From NCBI GenBank assembly GCA_028281865.1, contig JANQJB010000068.1:1-60354 (forward strand): 60,354 nt of DNA, read 5' to 3'. This DNA is from Marinagarivorans sp. (GTDB taxonomy: Bacteria; Pseudomonadota; Gammaproteobacteria; Pseudomonadales; Cellvibrionaceae). How positions within the stretch are numbered: position 1 is the first letter of the stretch; each line of letters opens with the position of its first letter. A program made the translations under genes and the position numbers. The notes below the pieces were generated by a model. It did no database searches, was not told where the DNA came from, and worked only from the letters and a program-made list of their open reading frames with translations. Positions 1 through 9,385 of this stretch are shown here, in pieces.

Positions 1-106
1 CTTTGGACAAAGTTTCAGACGGCCCGATGAGCGAAAAAACAACAACTAACGAACATAGAAATTTCTCGCAAAAACTATTCAATGCGCTATTCCCGTACAC
101 TGTCAT
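1..106 (-). CDS. Partial ORF, start codon at 106, running off the left edge. N-terminus MTVYGNSALNSFCEKFLCSLVVVFSLIGPSETLSK is hydrophobic. Candidate FliO/FliP-like membrane protein downstream of fliN.
   Basis: Manual translation of the reverse complement of 1-106 gives an open frame with ATG at 104-106 and no stop before the window edge, plus a TM-like stretch. Position matches the fliN-fliO-fliP order. It is not in the supplied ORF track because it is incomplete. Confidence 0.3.
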   Translation of the reverse strand, partial: MTVYGNSALNSFCEKFLCSLVVVFSLIGPSETLSK

Positions 107-153
107 GACTAAAGTACTTCAATATCACTTGTGTTGTTTTGAAGTCCTGATAT

Positions 154-453
154 CTACCGTATAATCTCGGTAATTTGAATGCCAAAGTTATCATCAACGG
201 CGCAAAGTTCACCCTTAGCGATGACTTTACCGTCTAACATAATATTTACAGCCTGATCGAGTGCTTGATCTAGTGGAACAACAGAACCTTCCCGCAATTT
301 AAAAAATGTCTCAATATCGATCGAGCCTGTTCCCACAGACACCTCTATTTTTACTTGAGCATTCTTAACCAGGTCATACTTCCCTTCAAATATCGGATTA
401 TCATTACTGCCTTCTTGTTCCAACTCAGCATATTCAATTTTATTGACCGTCAT
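154..453 (-). CDS. fliN: Flagellar motor switch protein FliN (SpoA-domain, short form)
   Basis: 99 aa. The C-terminal segment KIEVSVGTGSIDIETFFKLREGSVVPLDQALDQAVNIMLDGKVIAKGELCAVDDNFGIQITEII matches the conserved FliN/SctQ-C surface-presentation domain. It lies immediately downstream of fliM. Confidence 0.8.
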   Translation of the reverse strand: MTVNKIEYAELEQEGSNDNPIFEGKYDLVKNAQVKIEVSVGTGSIDIETFFKLREGSVVPLDQALDQAVNIMLDGKVIAKGELCAVDDNFGIQITEIIR

Positions 454-531
454 TTTATTTTCCTACCAATACCTTATTACGCTACATTTTCGTGTTGTAT
501 AATTTTCTCTTATTATATTAATTTCTCTTGT

Positions 532-1464
532 TTAGCTACCAGAGGGATCGTGAATCTGAATTGCGCGCTTATCCCCACTTTTACCCAAATAAACACTGCA
601 CTCAATTTCACGATCTTCTACTCTCAAGAACAGAGGTTCATCCAAGGACAATTCGAGCTTAAGAATATCGCCTTTTTGCAAAGATTCCATATTATCTAGG
701 CTGAGTTCAACAGCCTTCATCTTTACCTCAAAATTGATTGAAACATCATTAAAGTGAGGCAAAAACATTTTTTCTTCAAAACCCTTATCAGAATTAATTG
801 GCGACTTTATTTCGTCAGATCGATGCAAACAGCGGTTTGCATATACATCGTAGGGTAGTAACAATAAAAAAATAATATCTGGCAAAATGACTTTCACATA
901 GATGTCGCCATTGCCAGATTTGCCAAAAGATTTAGCTGCAAAAATCTCCTTCCAAGGAGTTTTAACCGGTTTATCGCAACCTAAGAATTTGGAGACTAAA
1001 GACATTTTTAATCGATCTAATAGACGATCGACAATAAGTGTTTCGTATTCATCATGCTTTTTTTTTGGCTTTTTCTCAGCAAACGACAATACAGAACTAA
1101 TCAACTTTTCTCTGTGCATCGATTCGATCAAAAAATTAACCCATTCTCTCTCGTAGCTGATGTTACGAAAAACATTATTTTCAAACTCTAAAGCAGTAGG
1201 TTTCTCATTGACATCCGGAGCTGGATAGCTCGATGCATCTAATACCGTTCGAGTCAGCAACTCAATATTGGGAGTAGAGTCGTCGGCGTACTTAGCTTTA
1301 TTGATTTTTCGACTCTCATGACCTGAATAATAAATTTCAACGTCAAGAGGTTCCTCAAGTTTCCATTGGTTGCACCACGCGACAATGGAATCGCGAATCC
1401 AAGGCTCAATAATATTCTTCTGGCTCTTACCCAAAATAACGAATGGAGAATTGATCACACTCAT
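532..1464 (-). CDS. fliM: Flagellar motor switch protein FliM-like. It lacks the canonical N-terminal LSQxEIDALL CheY-P-binding motif.
   Basis: 310 aa. The C-terminal FliN-like segment LKLELSLDEPLFLRVEDREIECSVYLGKSG is typical of FliM. Position is between flgE and fliN. The N-terminus MSVINSPFVILGKSQ carries no EIDALL motif. Confidence 0.65.
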   Translation of the reverse strand: MSVINSPFVILGKSQKNIIEPWIRDSIVAWCNQWKLEEPLDVEIYYSGHESRKINKAKYADDSTPNIELLTRTVLDASSYPAPDVNEKPTALEFENNVFRNISYEREWVNFLIESMHREKLISSVLSFAEKKPKKKHDEYETLIVDRLLDRLKMSLVSKFLGCDKPVKTPWKEIFAAKSFGKSGNGDIYVKVILPDIIFLLLLPYDVYANRCLHRSDEIKSPINSDKGFEEKMFLPHFNDVSINFEVKMKAVELSLDNMESLQKGDILKLELSLDEPLFLRVEDREIECSVYLGKSGDKRAIQIHDPSGS

Positions 1465-1499
1465 AGCTTACTCGCAGCTCAATAGTTCCAGGTGGAAAA

Positions 1500-2714
1500 T
1501 TATGTCTGTCGACCCAGCTGTATAAGCTGTTGAATCAACTCATTGGCAACTGTAACGGTTTGAGACGCGCCCTGAAAACCGCGCTGCAATATGATAAGTT
1601 CGGTAAATTCTTGAGATAGCTCAATATTTGATATTTCAATACTATTATCGACAAGCTCTCCCATAACAGCATCAGTGGGTGCTGCAATCGTCAAATCGAT
1701 ATTTTCTGGGGCCAAATATAAACCATCTCCAAGCTGGCGAAGATCCTGCAACTGATCAAACCAAGCAAGCGCGACTTTTCCCGCATCGCGTTTTTCTTCA
1801 TTGGAATATTCCAGCTCGATTGTCCCATCACTTTGAAAGTTAATATTGAGTAACGCTCCGGTCTGAAAACCGTCCGTGCGATCCACTGATAGATTGGTTG
1901 GACCTCCGCTGGCGGTGGAGTTAGATCTGGAGCCAGGATCTCCCATGTTAAGCACAATATCGATGCTAGCGGCGTCTTCAGGCTGAAAAGCAAAGCTCAC
2001 GGTATTAAAACCTTCCTCCGGCAAGCCCCGGTCATCGAACCTCACCTCAAGGTCTCGTGCAATAACCTCGCCCTCATCATTTTCTACAACAATTAACCAG
2101 CTACGAGGAGATTCATCGATATCATTTTTATTAAAAATAAATTTTAACTCTTGAATGCGACCGAGAGAGTCGACAACTTCTACATCCTCGATTTCGTGAG
2201 TTTCTGCATTGAGGGAGATATTATCGATGAAACGTATTTCTGTAGTGGGTTCATGAGTTAGATTTCTGAGATTAGTAATATCAATATCAACTAAATTACC
2301 GTCGTCATCAAGGCCAGCGACTAGAGCATCTAAATTAGGCGAATAAAGTTTATTATCTTCGTTAAACGTGAATTGACCGACGCGCGTATAGAACCGGGTG
2401 TCACCGTTTCTCAGGATAAAAAAACCGTTTCCATTTACGGCGATATCGGTATCGCCGCCTGTCTCCTGAATATCGCCTTGACCAAAATTAATCAGTGTTC
2501 CCTTGGTTGTAACGCCGGTACCGATTTGAGAAGTCGACTGCTCTTGCCCGGTATCGCCAGTAACTTGATAACGATAAAAAAGATCCCGAAAAAGCGTGCT
2601 ACTTTTTTTAAAGCCCGGAGTATTTAGGTTAGCAACATTATTACTGACGTTGTCCAACCCTTTGGAAAATGCCTGCAACCCGGAAGCACCCTTATTAATT
2701 ACGCTAAATGACAT
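1500..2714 (-). CDS. flgE: Flagellar hook protein FlgE
   Basis: 404 aa. N-terminal rod/hook motif MSFSVINKGASGLQAFSKGLDNVSNNVANLNTPGFKKS and C-terminal motif LSQEFTELIILQRGFQGASQTVTVANELIQQLIQL. Size is typical of a hook protein. Confidence 0.85.
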   Translation of the reverse strand: MSFSVINKGASGLQAFSKGLDNVSNNVANLNTPGFKKSSTLFRDLFYRYQVTGDTGQEQSTSQIGTGVTTKGTLINFGQGDIQETGGDTDIAVNGNGFFILRNGDTRFYTRVGQFTFNEDNKLYSPNLDALVAGLDDDGNLVDIDITNLRNLTHEPTTEIRFIDNISLNAETHEIEDVEVVDSLGRIQELKFIFNKNDIDESPRSWLIVVENDEGEVIARDLEVRFDDRGLPEEGFNTVSFAFQPEDAASIDIVLNMGDPGSRSNSTASGGPTNLSVDRTDGFQTGALLNINFQSDGTIELEYSNEEKRDAGKVALAWFDQLQDLRQLGDGLYLAPENIDLTIAAPTDAVMGELVDNSIEISNIELSQEFTELIILQRGFQGASQTVTVANELIQQLIQLGRQT

Positions 2715-2725
2715 AAGCTTCGCTC

Positions 2726-3133
2726 CTACCTAACCGTGACAATTTGGCCAATAGTAATTCCGGTAATCGGAATGCCCGCTGAAGTGGTGATCGATATTTC
2801 AGGCCGCCCATTTGGAAAACTAATCGCGCTTACTTTGCCAAACTCACGCGAAGTCTCTGTCCTCACTTCCACTTCACGCCCCACCAAACTCACAGCTTGG
2901 GAGCTACTCTGCAAACTGAGAACGCCGTCAACTTTATCACTTAACTCCTGGGTTTGTTGCAGCGCTGTCAGCTGCGCAAACTGAGCCATAAACTCACCGT
3001 TGTCCATGGGCTCCAACGGATCTTGAAAAGTGAGCTGAGTTAACAGCACCTGCAAAAAATCTTCCTGAGAGAGACCCGCTCTTCGCGTTGCCGGTGTCGA
3101 GTCAAGTATTGCGCCAAAGGTTTCAACTTCCAT
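2726..3133 (-). CDS. flgD: Hook capping/assembly protein FlgD (short, Bacillus-like length)
   Basis: 135 aa. FlgD N-domain signature QEDFLQVLLTQLTFQDPLEPMDNGEFMAQFAQLTALQQ. It sits directly upstream of flgE. Confidence 0.8.
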   Translation of the reverse strand: MEVETFGAILDSTPATRRAGLSQEDFLQVLLTQLTFQDPLEPMDNGEFMAQFAQLTALQQTQELSDKVDGVLSLQSSSQAVSLVGREVEVRTETSREFGKVSAISFPNGRPEISITTSAGIPITGITIGQIVTVR

Positions 3134-3151
3134 TACAATCGCCTCACTGTA

Positions 3152-3892
3152 TTAATAAACTTTGTCTATTTCATTTCTATCGGAAAAATCAGTGTTAGTG
3201 TCCGCCTTCACATCCGCGCGGCCTAACTCTTGCCAAACATTTTTTCCATTAATGATAATCGCAGATAGCTTAACGCCATATTTTGCCAACTCACTGCGCA
3301 ATCTCTTGGCCTTATCAAAAATAATGTATGTATCGGACTCTCGACCGATATAAACCAACCTCAGTTCACCGCGATCCTCAACAACGTTCCAATTCGATCG
3401 ATCCAATTTCCCATGAGCAAAAAATTGTTCGAGAGAATTAGCTCGGCTTTTTGATTCAGTCGCATCAGGGGCTTGTTTGTTGGTTACCTTACTTGGCTCG
3501 CTATAGTGAGTCACTCCAGAAACACCAATTCTATTTTGGGACGATTTCACTTTTGCTAGTGAAAAATCTGCAGATACCTTCGGTGTTGATTTGCCATGTT
3601 GAATTTGAAATTCCGGAAACTCTGATTTTGATAAAAAATGTCCGGCAGTTGCATTACTATCGGAGTCTGAAACTGAAGTAGCAGCACTATTTTCTTTTGC
3701 AGCTTCTTCAAACGCGTGCTGTTCAGGTTTGTCATCGTTATCGCGATACTTATCGCCCTCCAGAAGCGCCTCCTCAAGAGTAGCTCGCCATTGTTGACCA
3801 TGCTGCTGGCGACTAAAAAATTCTCCAACTGACGAATTTTTTTCAGGCGCTTTTTGAATAAAAGTTGCGTCTCCGCTTGAAAAATCAGTCAT
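3152..3892 (-). CDS. FliK-slot protein, candidate hook-length control protein. It has a polar low-complexity N-terminus and a C-terminal Flg_hook-like domain.
   Basis: Occupies the fliJ-[fliK]-flgD position of the ancestral order. C-terminal segment GELRLVYIGRESDTYIIFDKAKRLRSELAKYGVKLSAIIING resembles the FliK C-domain pattern. The track ORF extends to 3958 and overlaps fliJ by 74 bp. The internal Met (MTDFSS) at 3892 is the more likely start. Confidence 0.4.
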   Translation of the reverse strand: MTDFSSGDATFIQKAPEKNSSVGEFFSRQQHGQQWRATLEEALLEGDKYRDNDDKPEQHAFEEAAKENSAATSVSDSDSNATAGHFLSKSEFPEFQIQHGKSTPKVSADFSLAKVKSSQNRIGVSGVTHYSEPSKVTNKQAPDATESKSRANSLEQFFAHGKLDRSNWNVVEDRGELRLVYIGRESDTYIIFDKAKRLRSELAKYGVKLSAIIINGKNVWQELGRADVKADTNTDFSDRNEIDKVY

Positions 3893-4394
3893 TGTTATCT
3901 CTATCGTTTCTATTTTCCAACATTGCAGATCCTCTCTGCAGATAAGCTTCTTCCACATTTTGATAGTCTTTTTCCATTAACACAGATTGAAGCTTGCCAT
4001 TATTTTCAGCATCAATTTTTTTTAACGCTTCTTTAGTGGCCAGTTTTCCGCGCAAGCGTTGATTCTGATTTTGATAAGTATTTTGTATCTTGATACATTC
4101 AGTCAAAATTTGCTGATGTTCACGCTGCTTTTGATCTGTATAGGCTCTCAGCCTCACAATATCATCAACGCTGACCTGGGCCTCGGAGGAATGCGCATTC
4201 ACCCCACCCAAGTTACTAAAAATACTTCGCAGCTGCTTTAGCTCGGTTTGACTTTTTTCCAATTCTGTTTTTTTTTCCAAAAATACATTTTTCGTTTTGG
4301 CACTGTCTCTTTCCAGCTCGTCTATTTCCCAGCTCACCTTCTTAGTATAAAGGCCCAAAGCACGCTGCTTTTTTTTAAACTTGTTGACACTCAT
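3885..4394 (-). CDS. fliJ: Flagellar export chaperone FliJ-like coiled-coil protein
   Basis: 169 aa, highly charged coiled coil, directly downstream of fliI with a 4-bp ATGA overlap. Size and position match FliJ. Confidence 0.6.
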   Translation of the reverse strand: MSVNKFKKKQRALGLYTKKVSWEIDELERDSAKTKNVFLEKKTELEKSQTELKQLRSIFSNLGGVNAHSSEAQVSVDDIVRLRAYTDQKQREHQQILTECIKIQNTYQNQNQRLRGKLATKEALKKIDAENNGKLQSVLMEKDYQNVEEAYLQRGSAMLENRNDRDNND

Positions 4395-5734
4395 AAAATA
4401 CTCTCTCGCAACTGTTTAACACTCTGGTCAAAAGCAACACGCTCATTGATACCTTGTTGCAAAAACTTCTTCATTTTGGGCAACTTAGTTAAAACCTGAT
4501 CAAGCTCAGGGTTCGAGCCTTTTTGATATGCGCCAAGATTAATTAATTCCTTTGAACGTTCGTACAGATCGAGAGATTCAACAAACTTCTTAGCCGAACC
4601 CATTACCTTTTCGTCAGCCAGTTGATGAAATAATCTACTATTACTTTGAAATAAATCTATTGCAGGAAAATGCCGCTGATTTGCCAGATCTCGGGTTAGT
4701 ACAACTCCACCATCTAAAATTGCCCGAATGCTGTCGGAAAGTGGATCGTTAGGGTCATCACCTTCGGTTAACACAGTATAAAAAGCGGTAATTGATCCTC
4801 CCGAACGATTAGTCCCGCAACGCTCCAACAATCTGGGTAGTGCAGCAAACACAGACGGCGTATAACCGCGAGCAGTTGGAGGCTCCCCTACCGCCAAACC
4901 TATTTCGCGCATCGACATTGCAAAACGGGTAATCGAATCCATCGTTAAAACAACGTTTTTTCCCAGATCACTAAAATACTCTGCGATGGCAGTCGCAGCC
5001 CAAGCGGCATGAGAACGAATTAATGGCGATTGATCGGAAGTGGCAACAATGACAACCGATTTTTTTAAGCCCTCCGGCCCCAAAACAGATTCAATAAATT
5101 CCTTAACTTCCCTACCGCGTTCACCCACTAAAGCAATGACATTGACATCGGCATTCATATTTCGGGCAATCATACCGAGAAGAGAGCTTTTACCAACGCC
5201 GCTGCCCGCAAAAATACCCATGCGCTGGCCACGACCAACAGTCAACAGGGAATCAATCACTTTTACCCCAGTCTCCAATACCTGTTCAATCCTGGGACGA
5301 TCGAGAGGGTTAATGTGCTCGCGAAATAAACCGTATCGAATATCTGAAGGAGCGAGTGACTCTCCATCAAGCGGTTTTCCGAATGCATCGACCACTCTAC
5401 CAAGTAGAGCCTCTCCTACTGGAAGATCGAGACTTTTACCCGTGCCAAAAACCTTACTGCTAAGCCGTATTCCACGAAGGTCGCCGAAAGGCATTAAGAT
5501 AACTTTATCGTTTTTAATACCGACGACTTCCGCCTTAATTGACTCCTCACCATCGGATTCAATAAAACACAGCTCGCCTAAAAAAACGTTTGGCCCGGAC
5601 GATTCTACGACAAGACCGACGATTTGATTGACACGACCAAACTCCATTTTAGATTCAAAATCAGAAATTGATTGAAGATAGTCGCGATGCAAATCACCGA
5701 TATAGTCAGAATGAGAAAAGTCGAGTTCTACCAT
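4391..5734 (-). CDS. fliI: Flagellum-specific ATPase FliI
   Basis: 447 aa. Walker A segment GIFAGSGVGKSSLLGMIARN and F1/T3SS ATPase-like sequence throughout. Confidence 0.95.
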   Translation of the reverse strand: MVELDFSHSDYIGDLHRDYLQSISDFESKMEFGRVNQIVGLVVESSGPNVFLGELCFIESDGEESIKAEVVGIKNDKVILMPFGDLRGIRLSSKVFGTGKSLDLPVGEALLGRVVDAFGKPLDGESLAPSDIRYGLFREHINPLDRPRIEQVLETGVKVIDSLLTVGRGQRMGIFAGSGVGKSSLLGMIARNMNADVNVIALVGERGREVKEFIESVLGPEGLKKSVVIVATSDQSPLIRSHAAWAATAIAEYFSDLGKNVVLTMDSITRFAMSMREIGLAVGEPPTARGYTPSVFAALPRLLERCGTNRSGGSITAFYTVLTEGDDPNDPLSDSIRAILDGGVVLTRDLANQRHFPAIDLFQSNSRLFHQLADEKVMGSAKKFVESLDLYERSKELINLGAYQKGSNPELDQVLTKLPKMKKFLQQGINERVAFDQSVKQLRESIL

Positions 5735-5762
5735 TATTTTTGCCTAGGCCGATAACACCTGA

Positions 5763-6653
5763 TCAAGATACCTGCTTATTGACACTGTTTCGATTGACTA
5801 TGCGCTGATGATGCTTATCCAGCAGCAACATTTTTAATCGGTTCATACGCTCTTCCAATCTAGCATCTAAAGTTCCCGAACTTGATTTAATAATACAACC
5901 TCCTACCTCTATAGAAGCATCACAGACGAAGCTGTCGCTGTTTAAGCCAAATAAAGTTTCCGATCGTGCTGCCCTAGTACCTCTTACATTGGCAGAACAG
6001 TCTACAATTAATTCATAGTCGCTCGGAGATAAATGGACTTTTAACGCACGAGATAGATCTAAACTTTTCAATGTTTCGCTAATAGTGTCCTTCAGATATT
6101 CGCGATAATTACCGTAACGATTGCTATGAAGGTCACCGATAAGTTTAATTACGGCATGAAACGCAATATCAAGAATCTCTTCTTCGACTTGCAGCATAAC
6201 CCCCGCAAATTGGCTTTTAACAGAATTAACAACCCCATTTAATTGCGTAATTTCTTGCTGAGCCTGTTCGAGTGCTTCCTTAGAACCACTCTCAAAGCCA
6301 TCTGCTCTGCCTGTTTCAAAGCCCTGTTTTTGGTTTTCCTCTCGTTCAGCGTACAGAGTTTCGAGTGAACTTTCGGACTCCTCCAAGCGGAGTCGATAAT
6401 TTTCGGATTGCGCTTTTTCTTTCTCAAGTTCACCTTTTAACTGTTCTATTTCCGTTAACAACGACTGATAATCGCGTTGTTCATCAATAAAATCGACTTC
6501 GAGATTTTCAGTTGCACTCGAAAAATCCGAGCACGCCTTGTCATCTACTTGAGTTTCATTTTTAGTCGCTTTAGAACAGGCTGTATTTTGACGTCCAGCG
6601 AGAACTTTGCGATCGCCGTCAGATAAGGTGTTTGACCTAATTACCGTTGCCAT
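5763..6653 (-). CDS. fliH: Flagellar assembly protein FliH (ATPase regulator) with N-terminal extension
   Basis: 296 aa. Glu/Gln-rich coiled coil followed by the FliH C-terminal region LDIAFHAVIKLIGDLHSN...IEVGGCIIKSSSGTLDARLEERMNRLK. Located between the fliG slot and fliI. Confidence 0.7.
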   Translation of the reverse strand: MATVIRSNTLSDGDRKVLAGRQNTACSKATKNETQVDDKACSDFSSATENLEVDFIDEQRDYQSLLTEIEQLKGELEKEKAQSENYRLRLEESESSLETLYAEREENQKQGFETGRADGFESGSKEALEQAQQEITQLNGVVNSVKSQFAGVMLQVEEEILDIAFHAVIKLIGDLHSNRYGNYREYLKDTISETLKSLDLSRALKVHLSPSDYELIVDCSANVRGTRAARSETLFGLNSDSFVCDASIEVGGCIIKSSSGTLDARLEERMNRLKMLLLDKHHQRIVNRNSVNKQVS

Positions 6654-7426
6654 AACATATTTTTCTCCTTCAACAGAGGAAGAGATTCCAACTGATCCTC
6701 TTCAATCTCATCTTTTACCTCGGCCTTATTCGAATCTGTAATTCGCGTTGAAAATTCCGAACTGTCTTCTTTAGCATCAACTGGATTCATCAAAATAGTA
6801 GGTTCATCGCTATTATCTAGCGACTCAGACGAACCCTCACTAAACTCTTTCGCGTTCCGATTCTCTGCAACCGCATCCTCCCACTCGATCCAACCAGGAT
6901 TTTCTTCGTCGAGATCAATTTTCACGAAAGATTCCGGCCTGCAATTCACATCAGTTGTGTCGGAATCAATTTCGTTATCCAGCACCTCCAAGAAGACGGA
7001 CATTAACTCAATGCGAATAGATTTTTCGACCGCAGTTTCCTGTACATTTTTTCGCAGTGCTCGTCGCGCACGTTCACCATGTTTTTTTGCATATCGATGA
7101 TAAAAATCATCTCGCCAAAACCAGGGATAGAGACTAAGAAGTAAGGCAAGCGCATCTGGCCGATGATTAACAAGAGCCCGACAAACTTGAATTGCATCAA
7201 CCTTGTCAATTTTTTCCACCAAATTTGACTCCGTCGTGCGAGAGGCATTTAAACGACTAAAAAATTCCTGAGTCTGACTATCCGAGGGAATGCCTAGCTC
7301 TTTAAGTTCTCGCAATAATTTTTTAATTGAGAAAAGGTATTCTGTCGGCAAATGAGACAGTAGCCAATCTCTATCCTTGACATTAAGCCCGTGTAAATAC
7401 AAAGCGACTTTTTTTAAGCTACTCAT
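6641..7426 (-). CDS. fliG: FliG-like rotor protein with N-terminal and middle domains only. The C-terminal torque-generating domain is replaced by an acidic low-complexity tail.
   Basis: 261 aa in the fliF-fliG-fliH slot. The segment RALVNHRPDALALLLSLYPWFW resembles the FliG middle-domain EHPQ region. No FliG_C-like sequence is found in any frame between 6400 and 6700. The C-terminus is D/E/S-rich (EFSEGSSESLDNSDEP...DEIEEDQLESLP). Confidence 0.55.
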   Translation of the reverse strand: MSSLKKVALYLHGLNVKDRDWLLSHLPTEYLFSIKKLLRELKELGIPSDSQTQEFFSRLNASRTTESNLVEKIDKVDAIQVCRALVNHRPDALALLLSLYPWFWRDDFYHRYAKKHGERARRALRKNVQETAVEKSIRIELMSVFLEVLDNEIDSDTTDVNCRPESFVKIDLDEENPGWIEWEDAVAENRNAKEFSEGSSESLDNSDEPTILMNPVDAKEDSSEFSTRITDSNKAEVKDEIEEDQLESLPLLKEKNMLWQR

Positions 7427-7435
7427 TTTATTTCT

Positions 7436-8998
7436 CTACAGCTTCGCTACTTTCGAAGAATCGCGATCGGAGTCCAACCATTCCTTCAGAGTCTGTAACA
7501 TTTGCTCACGCTCTTCAGTCGACATAGTTTTTTCTCTTTTGAAACTTCTGATAAGCACAAAAATAACAAGCAAACCAAACAGAGATAAGCCAATAATCCC
7601 AAACGTTTTTAGATTTTCCACTTTACTTAACGAGCTTATCAAGTCATTTGTCGCAACCTGCATATCACTCGGGCCCCGCATTTCAATCGAACCCTGTATT
7701 CCACGATCAGCTACATAATGCTCGTTGCTATTTTGATTAATATCACCCAAACCGCTTAACTCTTTATCAACAGAGCTCTCATTATCACCAGAGCTCTCGG
7801 CTATCATCGGCGCCATATCGGGTTCGTCACGATATAAACTGTTTTTAGAAGCATAAGGTTGTTCGGGAATTTCATTAGAATTTGTGGCGAAAGGGTAAAC
7901 TACAATCGCATCGCCACGCTCGCTGTCGAGACCGACGGCCATAGACACCAAGTCCTTTATTTGTTGGATTACAGTGTCTGAAGTATTCTCCGGCACCAAC
8001 ACCCCAACACTCATTTTTTTAATCGTTCCCGGTTGATTAACTGTTTGGGAAACCGAACGGCCAACCATATATTCTTCTTCTGTAGTCACTCTGCCTTGTT
8101 CTGTTTTTTTCATACCGCCCTCCTCAGTTTTCGACTCTCGCCTACGCAGCAAACCCTGACCCGATTCGCCTACAGGAAGGACATTTTCATGCGTTGTGGT
8201 CGACTGACTATAATCGAGCGTCAAATCTATACTTATCGCAAAATCATTGGCATCAAACGCACGTGCTAATACTTCTTCCGCTTTACCTTTTAAATAATTT
8301 TCTATAGATTGCTTCTGCAGTAACCCGGCCGACATCACTCTCATGGCAGGACTGTCTAAGGTCCGACTCAGTGTTACACCATTTTGATCAAGCACTGTGA
8401 CATCATCGGGAATTAATTGCGGAACTGATGCGGCAACAAGTTGCTGAACACCGCGAATCTGACTTGTCGTTGGAATCACATGAGGTCGCAAAAATAAGGT
8501 GACCGACGCCGTCGCTTTTCTATCTTTTCTTTTAAAGAGACCGTTTTCTGGCAACACAAGATGAACACGCGCGTATTTAACCTCATCAAGCGACATAATT
8601 GTGCGCGTAAGTTCACCCTGAAGCGCGCGTTGAAAGTTCACTTTTTGGGCGAATTCTGTCGCACCAAAACCCGAATCATCAAAAATTTCAAAGCCAACTC
8701 CGCCTTGCAACGCGACACCAGAACCCATTAATTTTAGACGCGTCGCATGCACCTCATCTTCAGGAACCAAAACCAGCTCACCGTCACCGACAATTTCATG
8801 AGAAATTTTTAGTCGCTCAAGTTCCTGAACAATCGCGGCAGCATCCTGGGGCTGCAAGTCATTAAATAGTACGCCGTAGTTATCGCGCATTAGCCAAAAA
8901 ATACCTGCGCCTAACATAACGACCAACAAAATAATTCCAATAATCAATCCGATAGGAAGTCTTCCACCCTCAGATTTCCACGATTCCGATATTGCCAT
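7436..8998 (-). CDS. fliF: Flagellar MS-ring protein FliF
   Basis: 520 aa. N-terminal TM and YscJ/FliF domain ...GIFWLMRDNYGVLFNDLQPQDAAAIVQELERLKISHEIVGDGELVLVPEDEVHATRLKLMG, and a second TM near the C-terminus. Confidence 0.9.
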   Translation of the reverse strand: MAISESWKSEGGRLPIGLIIGIILLVVMLGAGIFWLMRDNYGVLFNDLQPQDAAAIVQELERLKISHEIVGDGELVLVPEDEVHATRLKLMGSGVALQGGVGFEIFDDSGFGATEFAQKVNFQRALQGELTRTIMSLDEVKYARVHLVLPENGLFKRKDRKATASVTLFLRPHVIPTTSQIRGVQQLVAASVPQLIPDDVTVLDQNGVTLSRTLDSPAMRVMSAGLLQKQSIENYLKGKAEEVLARAFDANDFAISIDLTLDYSQSTTTHENVLPVGESGQGLLRRRESKTEEGGMKKTEQGRVTTEEEYMVGRSVSQTVNQPGTIKKMSVGVLVPENTSDTVIQQIKDLVSMAVGLDSERGDAIVVYPFATNSNEIPEQPYASKNSLYRDEPDMAPMIAESSGDNESSVDKELSGLGDINQNSNEHYVADRGIQGSIEMRGPSDMQVATNDLISSLSKVENLKTFGIIGLSLFGLLVIFVLIRSFKREKTMSTEEREQMLQTLKEWLDSDRDSSKVAKL

Positions 8999-9025
8999 TT
9001 TTAAAAATCTCTTGTCACCAGCTTA

Positions 9026-9385
9026 TTAAATCGACATCCGCATAATTTCTTGATATCCCTCAAGTACTCGATTGCGCACCTGCACCAGCAACTCAAAAGA
9101 AACCTTGGCTTTTTCAAGTGACATCATGACTTGATGCAGGTTTTCTGTTTCGCCCAGCGCCAGTTGCTGCAATTGCTTTTCCGACGACATAATTTGATTG
9201 TTAACAGTGCTCACCTCCCGCTCAAGCCAATCGACAAAAGTTAAGCCCTGAAATTCAGCCCCATTACTGTCCTGACTCTGATGACCCTGGACATTACCCG
9301 CATTTGACAAAATGCTGGAATTGAAAAGCGAGCTAGAAATACTCGCGTCGATAGATTGCACTGGGTTAAGCTCGCTGGACATCAA
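9026..9385 (-). CDS. fliE: Flagellar hook-basal body protein FliE
   Basis: 119 aa. C-terminus LHQVMMSLEKAKVSFELLVQVRNRVLEGYQEIMRM is typical of FliE. Located upstream of fliF and downstream of flgC. Confidence 0.8.
   Translation of the reverse strand: MMSSELNPVQSIDASISSSLFNSSILSNAGNVQGHQSQDSNGAEFQGLTFVDWLEREVSTVNNQIMSSEKQLQQLALGETENLHQVMMSLEKAKVSFELLVQVRNRVLEGYQEIMRMSI

Noticed and set aside
355-1156. Plus-strand ORFs 355..699 and 902..1156 opposite fliN and fliM
   Set aside because: They overlap strongly supported flagellar genes on the other strand and have low-complexity hydrophobic translations.
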